64,000 bases of DNA from Phoronis australis (Eukaryota; Animalia; Phoronida). The stretch lies in contig NMRA01000042.1 of the NCBI GenBank assembly GCA_002633005.1, positions 890,388 through 954,387 of the forward strand, read 5' to 3'. The notes under the pieces are model-generated. The model made no database searches and was not told the origin of the DNA. It worked only from the letters and a program-made list of their open reading frames with translations. Position numbers and translations under genes: made by a program. Of this stretch, positions 58,501 to 64,000 are shown one piece after another; position 1 is the first letter of the stretch, and each line of letters starts with the position of its first letter.

Positions 58501-61500
58501 CAGCCTGAGATTTTATATCAAATGTTGTAAAAATGAAATTTAAGTCACCTTCAATAGCTTAATTACTGCAGGCGCTCTGAATTCATGCATGGTATAGGCA
58601 AAACATGATGAACCACAATAGGAAAAAGGCATTAAAAAAATGCAAAAAAATAATATAGTTAGCAAGACAAATTAACACGCTTAGCAGAATTGTTGACCCT
58701 GAACAAGTCAACCAGCATTAAAAGTTGCGAAGTAAACCTTCAGTGGGACATTTCCTTTCTCATGTACTGCCTTTTTGAGGTCATAAGTCAGAACATGAAA
58801 ATTGTGAAATAAGCTCAAACCTGGTCTCGTAGCGATTTCTGCCAAAAATTGATAAAAACATCTCCTGGAAATTGCATAGAAATGGCATGCCATTTTGACA
58901 ATTTGTTACTTTTTAACACAGAATAATTTTCAGTCACTTATCTTGAATTTGCCCAAAAAGTAGAATAGAACTTTCCAAAAATAAGTTCGATTTTGAGTAC
59001 AAAGATTAGACCCTTGGTCCTGCATTTATAACTTGTATTTTAGGTAGAGAGTAAGGATGAACGACCATGTTGATCAACAGATTATTACTTTACTAGAACA
59101 TCAAAAAAGTGAAATAAAGAAATGTTACGAAGATTACGAATCTAAACCAGCATGTCATGCTACACATACCGATAGGCTCACAAAGTTAATTAAATGAAAA
59201 ATAGCAAAAGTTAACAAAAGCCAGTTAAGGAATCACAATCATCAGCAAAAGCAATTAAAATAAAATTAAAGAAGAACCCAAATATGCTGTTAACAATAAG
59301 TATTTCTACTAACTACAATATGCTACAATCACTTATTAAATAGGATTAGAAAAATCAGTAATAGTCACTGACAAGGGTCTGGCCTTTTGAGAACCAGTTT
59401 TCTCTATACGGAATAAAAAGGATCAAACTGATTCTCAAAATCTGGGACCCCTGTAAGTTACTATTGCCCAAAATCAATAAACTACATGATTAGTACATAT
59501 CAAATAATATGCATTAAGCATAGAATCCAAAATGAAACCATGGCCAACCTCTGCTACACTTTTGTCACAATCTGGGCACTAAAACATAAAATGTTGATAC
59601 GATATTTTAATTAAGTTCTCTTCTTCAAAATAAAACTCCCAAAATTCAAATGCGCAAAGTCAGATTTCAGCTTAACTTCAAAAAAGGCATGTGGCACAGA
59701 CGTTATAACAATGATTCTAAAATCTTATTCAAATTTGCCGCATGCCGCCTTGCATTTTCACCTGTGTACCACACAATATACCAAATAACATAAATTTGAC
59801 TTTTGTCTTAGGACATCAGGTTGTTCTAGTAGTAGCTTGCTCTGTACTGTTTGGATGTGTACAACATTTTTTGAAATTTCTAATATTTGCAGGAAGGCAA
59901 TCAGCCGTTTACAAACAGAAATTAAGATAAAGTCTTGCTCAATTCGACTGAATTTGACATGCATTCAGTTTTACTATATTCGTTAGATATTGTTTACGTC
60001 AAGCGAAAATTATATTTTTAAACCATGCATCCCAACCAAGGCCAAGGCAACTAGAGAAGAGGTAAAGATCACAGACAGGCATTGAAGCCCATAATTGATA
60101 CCAGGGGAGACAACAACCAGTACCTGGATCTCGTTTGTCTGGAGATTTAAGTCACTCTGAAATTGTCACTTCATCAAGTTATAATGCGAAACTCACAATT
60201 TTCAGAAAAAAATGACAAATATTTTGCCTTTTTTCATAGATGAGAAGCAAAGAAAAGGTTTTGGCTAAATCTGCAATGATTTTCAGTTGAATTTACTTCA
60301 GATACCCGGATTTTGACAAATGTCATTCGTCAATGTTGACTTGAAAACAAAACTGCTGTTTTCTGTTTTTTGTTATGAAACAAATGTAAGTATTTATTTA
60401 AAATGAATTTGATTTGTTGAGAATGGATATACTAAGAGAAAATGTGATTTCATTTCAATTATGTCTGGCCGGTAGAAACACCGTATTCTGAAAGCTATTT
60501 GCACAAGATGTCAAAAAATGGTGACTCAGACATCAACTCAGAAATAAGGTAGATATCTGTGAGCGATGATCAACCGTCGAATACAAAAATACTGTCTAGT
60601 TTGGTAAGCACTGCTCAAGGTACAATAACTACTGTTTCATAACACTTGCGTGCAATCATACCAAGTCGACATCAGTGGCCTTGACCTGTAGAATCTTTGT
60701 TCCAGGAACAGTATTTTCCATAACTGGCACTTCATATTTTGAGTACTCAAACACTGGTGGGTGTTCATTGACGCCTGTCACCGTCACTATCAGCTGTGCC
60801 GTCTGGCTGCGATCGCCATTGTACACCTCAGTTGCCTGAAAAGTAAAGATACACAGGTTAATGAAGGAAAAGTCAGCATTTTTGATCCATTTGATATCAA
60901 AGTAGGTCCCATAGTCAATGAAGGATGGTTCAAAGTTAGTTTAGAGAAGCAAGACTGTGCAGGACACAAACACAGACAGATGCTCAGAAAATGTTTCCCA
61001 ATTGGTCAGTTAGTGTCTCCAAAATTACCCCATAGACATCAACAGTTTAAACCACACATATTTTCATATGGGGGGTGTTTAATTACTAGCCTAAGTTGCA
61101 GCACCTAGTAAGTACTTTCGCTCTCCTAAAGCCCGACTGCTTTCATTCCCATGCAATGACTGTGCCAGTTGGCCATGCAATAGCTTTTGGGGTTTTGCAA
61201 AACTTTGTGGCATGATTTTTGTGAGACCCTATCAAGACCTATGTAGTATAAATTTAAGTTTTAAATCTTTACTGTCGGTAAAATAATATCACAGTTACAT
61301 CTTCCAAAATATAAACGTAGCAACAAAAACTCAGTGAAAGTGTCCAGGACAGTCTTCCCATTGACAGCATGAAGATTTTTCTACTGCAACTTTCTGTAAG
61401 CACTTCTGTACGATAAATTTCGAAATGAAATATCGGCACATTTTTAGCACCTGGACCTGGCTGCATCAAAGCTAGACGTTGGTTAAAAACTGATGACGTC

Positions 61501-62984
61501 ACACAAAAACAAACTAAAAATGATAAACATAATCTCTAGGTACATGAGCGGCAGTGAAAAAAGTGGAGGGCTATAGCCATCCTATGGTGCGCCTCTCATG
61601 GGTAGGCGCAGAAGGCGTCCAATCTGTCTGAAATTGGAAAGGTGTTACTGTCTCATGTCTGTCGAATTTCCTGAAAAATCCATCAAAGAACTCCAAAAAT
61701 ACAATGGCAAATGTAACAGATAAAATTAACACTAGAAAGCACATCGGTAATCAACCTTTGTGAACAGTAATCTGTCCCATAGAAACATTATTCAGGGGAT
61801 TATTAAGGAGATCTTTCAAGTTAAGATTTCTCAGTCATTGAGGATTCAGAATGTATCTACTCCATGAGTTCAATAATGTAAAAAACAATTTTATGAAATG
61901 TGAAAAGTTGCCGTGACTTTTTACAATTATTTTTCTTTAAGGTAACTGACTACTTTCGTCGACCAAGCGTCAATTTTCTTTAATAACTTTTTAAGTATTA
62001 ATTATGGGCAATAGAAAATATGTCTGTAATTGTATGTTCTGTTTGTTCTTGAAAAATCTTGACACCCTTCTACTTTCCACAATCTTGCGGTTTTGTTTTT
62101 CGTATAAAACCTACAAAGTCTCTTTCATTATTCTATTAGCTAAGAGAGCATGTCTGGGATTATTCATGAAAATGTGGAAAGCACAACTATCTCCATGAAT
62201 ATCAGGATTATTGAGAAAAAACGCAATCACGTGACTACCAACATCTGGCATTGTTTGTACGTAGATCATCGAAGATTTTTGAAAATATCTATAGTTTTAT
62301 GGGTCTACTATTAATGCTTAAATAGTTATTACAAAAATTGAATTCTTGGAAACTACTTGAGTCTAATACCTTAAGACTTTTTACTCTTACCCTAATAGCA
62401 ATTGTCATCACTTGACCCCTTCTGAGCCTCTTCTTCAACTTTACGATACCCGTCTGATTATCAATACTGAAGAACTCCCCAGCTGAAAACAAATACAATC
62501 AACAATTAACTGCAAGCATACTTATGAGCGCAGAAATGATATTAGACTACACTTCAACAACTCACACAGTTTTCTGTTCTTACTTTTGCATAACTTGTGA
62601 TTGTCCAAATGCAGTCACTCCCATCTTGTGCAACACCCGTTGTTTGGTTGGTGCATAACAGTTCTACTAATAATGAAACAAAATGTAACAACAAAGACGG
62701 TGATAATAACAAAGTAGAACTGCAGTAACAGTGAAGACTCACCAAAAATGATAAAGTCTGAATTTATTTGGCTTTATTTATCGCTCAACAACTAAATTAG
62801 AAATGAAAAATAACATTTCACTTGTCCGTCTTATTCAGTGCCTAAATTACTGAGATTTTACTGTAGTCAAAATTACTTAACACTTACCTTTACTTTGCTC
62901 TATGCTGTAAATGATGGGACTATTTATACCAAGGTCAAGATCGTGCGCTTCAATGGGGTGACCAGATATTTTGAGAATAGTTCC
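52457..62984 (-). CDS. Non-classical cadherin-related single-pass membrane protein, 3' part (9 exons in window; N-terminus lies right of the window)
   Basis: Phase-consistent exons 62984-62888, 62482-62391, 60835-60662, 58367-58297, 57900-57816, 56335-56157, 55626-55324, 53376-52992, 52543-52457. Cadherin calcium motifs AHDLD, GVNEHPPVF, ATDVD, LDYE, DVNDNNPVF, ARDSG; one TM helix; no recognisable beta-catenin-binding domain. Confidence 0.88.
52992..53376 (-). CDS. Cadherin cytoplasmic exon
   Basis: In phase with the TM exon: KKSDGQVKEPSNNPTYGLAY...ENPLAMATPGYFFEEDD...KKKSLSWGKNQQEFFNAE; donor GAG|GTGAG. Confidence 0.8.
53590..53738. repeat. ~49-bp minisatellite, 3 copies
   Basis: CTGTATCACT..AGYCAGTCAGCT..GTGTCAGGTATGGCC.GCATCA three times. 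Confidence 0.9.
54680..54836. repeat. ~76-bp tandem duplication, 2 copies
   Basis: TTCAAAATGGCACAAT.AAAATGTT.AAAAAACAATTTTAAGTGCAAGGTAAATAAAA twice. Confidence 0.9.
55324..55626 (-). CDS. Cadherin exon: last EC repeat plus transmembrane helix
   Basis: LFAIDSSSGDISL...YTMTVEARDSGQPPRTASTNVQV...IPLYALAGVSGFLLVVCIILAVLTMKFVR. Confidence 0.9.
56157..56335 (-). CDS. Cadherin exon
   Basis: SDSTNVVINVVDVNDNNPVFTKTSY...GTVQASDMDELSSVITYVLKTHN. Confidence 0.9.
57036..57124. mobile_element. Family B MITE
   Basis: GGAGTCCGCATTTTGAGAACCAG ... AAACTGGTTCTCAAAACCCGGGACCC..AGTGAC. Confidence 0.7.
57816..57900 (-). CDS. Cadherin exon
   Basis: GDITLRDQLDYEDIKKYSLEVKVSDGQF (LDYE motif); GTGAGT donor. Confidence 0.9.
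58297..58367 (-). CDS. Cadherin exon
   Basis: VTFMNYSIHSVNPATDIFEIHPT(D); ttccAG / GTAAGT; phases fit both neighbours. Confidence 0.82.
59364..59461. mobile_element. Family B MITE, full, TA-flanked
   Basis: TA|GTCACTGACAAGGGTC...TTTTGAGAACCAGTTT ... AAACTGATTCTCAAAATCTGGGACCCCTGTAAGTTAC|TA. Confidence 0.8.
60662..60835 (-). CDS. Cadherin exon (EC linker)
   Basis: ATEVYNGDRSQTAQLIVTVTGVNEHPPVFEYSKYEVPVMENTVPGTKILQVKATDVDL. Confidence 0.9.
61941..62370. mobile_element. TTAA-flanked non-autonomous element (Kolobok-like)
   Basis: TTAA|GGTAACTGACT ... AGTCTAATACC|TTAA; GG..CC termini with TTAA TSD. Confidence 0.6.
62391..62482 (-). CDS. Cadherin exon (EC repeat)
   Basis: GEFFSIDNQTGIVKLKKRLRRGQVMTIAIR; GTAAG donor. 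Confidence 0.88.
62888..62984 (-). CDS. Cadherin exon (EC repeat)
   Basis: GTILKISGHPIEAHDLDLGINSPIIYSIEQSK; ttttcAG / GTAAGT. Confidence 0.88.
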
Positions 62985-64000
62985 CTGAAAATAAGTCGGC
63001 AAGCATATTAACTAACCACCAATAATAAGAATGGTATTGAGTGAAGCTATCAGAATTCAAGGGTAATGTCTGGGTAAATTGGCTGCTGCTTGCAACACTG
63101 AGGGAGTGAAATAAGGTAGTTTCTAGTTAATTAGAAATGTAATAATTCTTTAATTTCCAACAGTGTAACATTGAGATCAATTAACAAGAAAGTAACAAGG
63201 CAGAGATCAAATCTTGCACAAGTCAACGGGAAAAATTTGGAACTGGTTTTGTCAATTATGCAATGCATAACTTAACAAGCCAGTGAAATTAAAGACCACA
63301 TATCTGTCACCGAGGGGTTGCAAACAGAGGTGTATCACCCAGAAAATACATGCGAAAATCAAGAGCAGACCAAAATTCAGTAAAGTATAGTCAAATATAA
63401 AATGGCTATCGTGTGCATTACGGTACTTCTTGAGAATTTGTAAGGTTGGTCAAAATTAAATTTGAAATGTAGGAGTTGGGCACAACAGAGAATTTACAAA
63501 TTATATGGAAACATGAAAATCAAGAGTGGGACAAAAAATTCAGAAAATATGGTCAAATAGGAATCTGCCATGGTCACGTGCCACTATACTTCAGGGGTAT
63601 GTTTTTTTAAAGTTTATAGTCAAAATCTCTTGAGAGTTGTTGGAGTGAGTTGCACACAGAGTTGTGAATGGGTGAAAAACATGAATAAGCTAAAATTCAA
63701 GAAAATACGCTTAATATGCAAAATGCCAATAATGTTGGTATCTTTTTCAGATAGCAATATGGTTCTTGAAAACAGAGTCGAAAACATCCTTGAAACGCGG
63801 TGCCAAATAGGGACTTAACTAAGACCCTAAATGTACGGAGTGTTTGTGGGCTTATTAAATCACTGATTGTCCTTTCCTATGCTGTTTGAGCCTCAAAGTT
63901 AATTTTTAACTTTGATACAAATCGAGACTAAACTCTACTTTGAATTATCAATATTATCAATACAAGTAAGGATCTTTTCATGCAACACCCCTAATTTAAG

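Overview
AT-rich, intron-rich nuclear DNA from an animal, probably an invertebrate (inferred from composition and repeat types; the species cannot be identified). Three spliced genes can be built by hand. (1) An LHFPL6/LHFP orthologue on the minus strand: two coding exons seen, the last coding exon not found and presumably left of the window. (2) A complete COG6 on the plus strand: 16 exons, 641 aa. It lies head-to-head with LHFPL6, as the pair does in human. (3) The 3' part of a non-classical single-pass cadherin on the minus strand, converging on COG6, with opposing AATAAA signals about 10-30 nt apart. Two ~2-3 kb near-identical duplications (20.6-27.4 kb and 33.1-38.0 kb, the second including COG6 exon 2) each have their second copy starting right after a single N. 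They are most likely uncollapsed haplotypes that differ by insertion polymorphisms. Introns carry several MITE families (PIF/Harbinger-like, TA-flanked, TTAA-flanked), tRNA-derived SINE-like pieces, a non-LTR retrotransposon relic and minisatellites. I see no clear novel multi-gene system. The best leads are the LHFPL6-COG6 bidirectional pair, the COG6/cadherin overlapping 3' ends, the duplicated exon, and two small 'hairpin plus tail' insertions with long target duplications. All assignments come from reading the sequence and recalled protein families; no searches were run.
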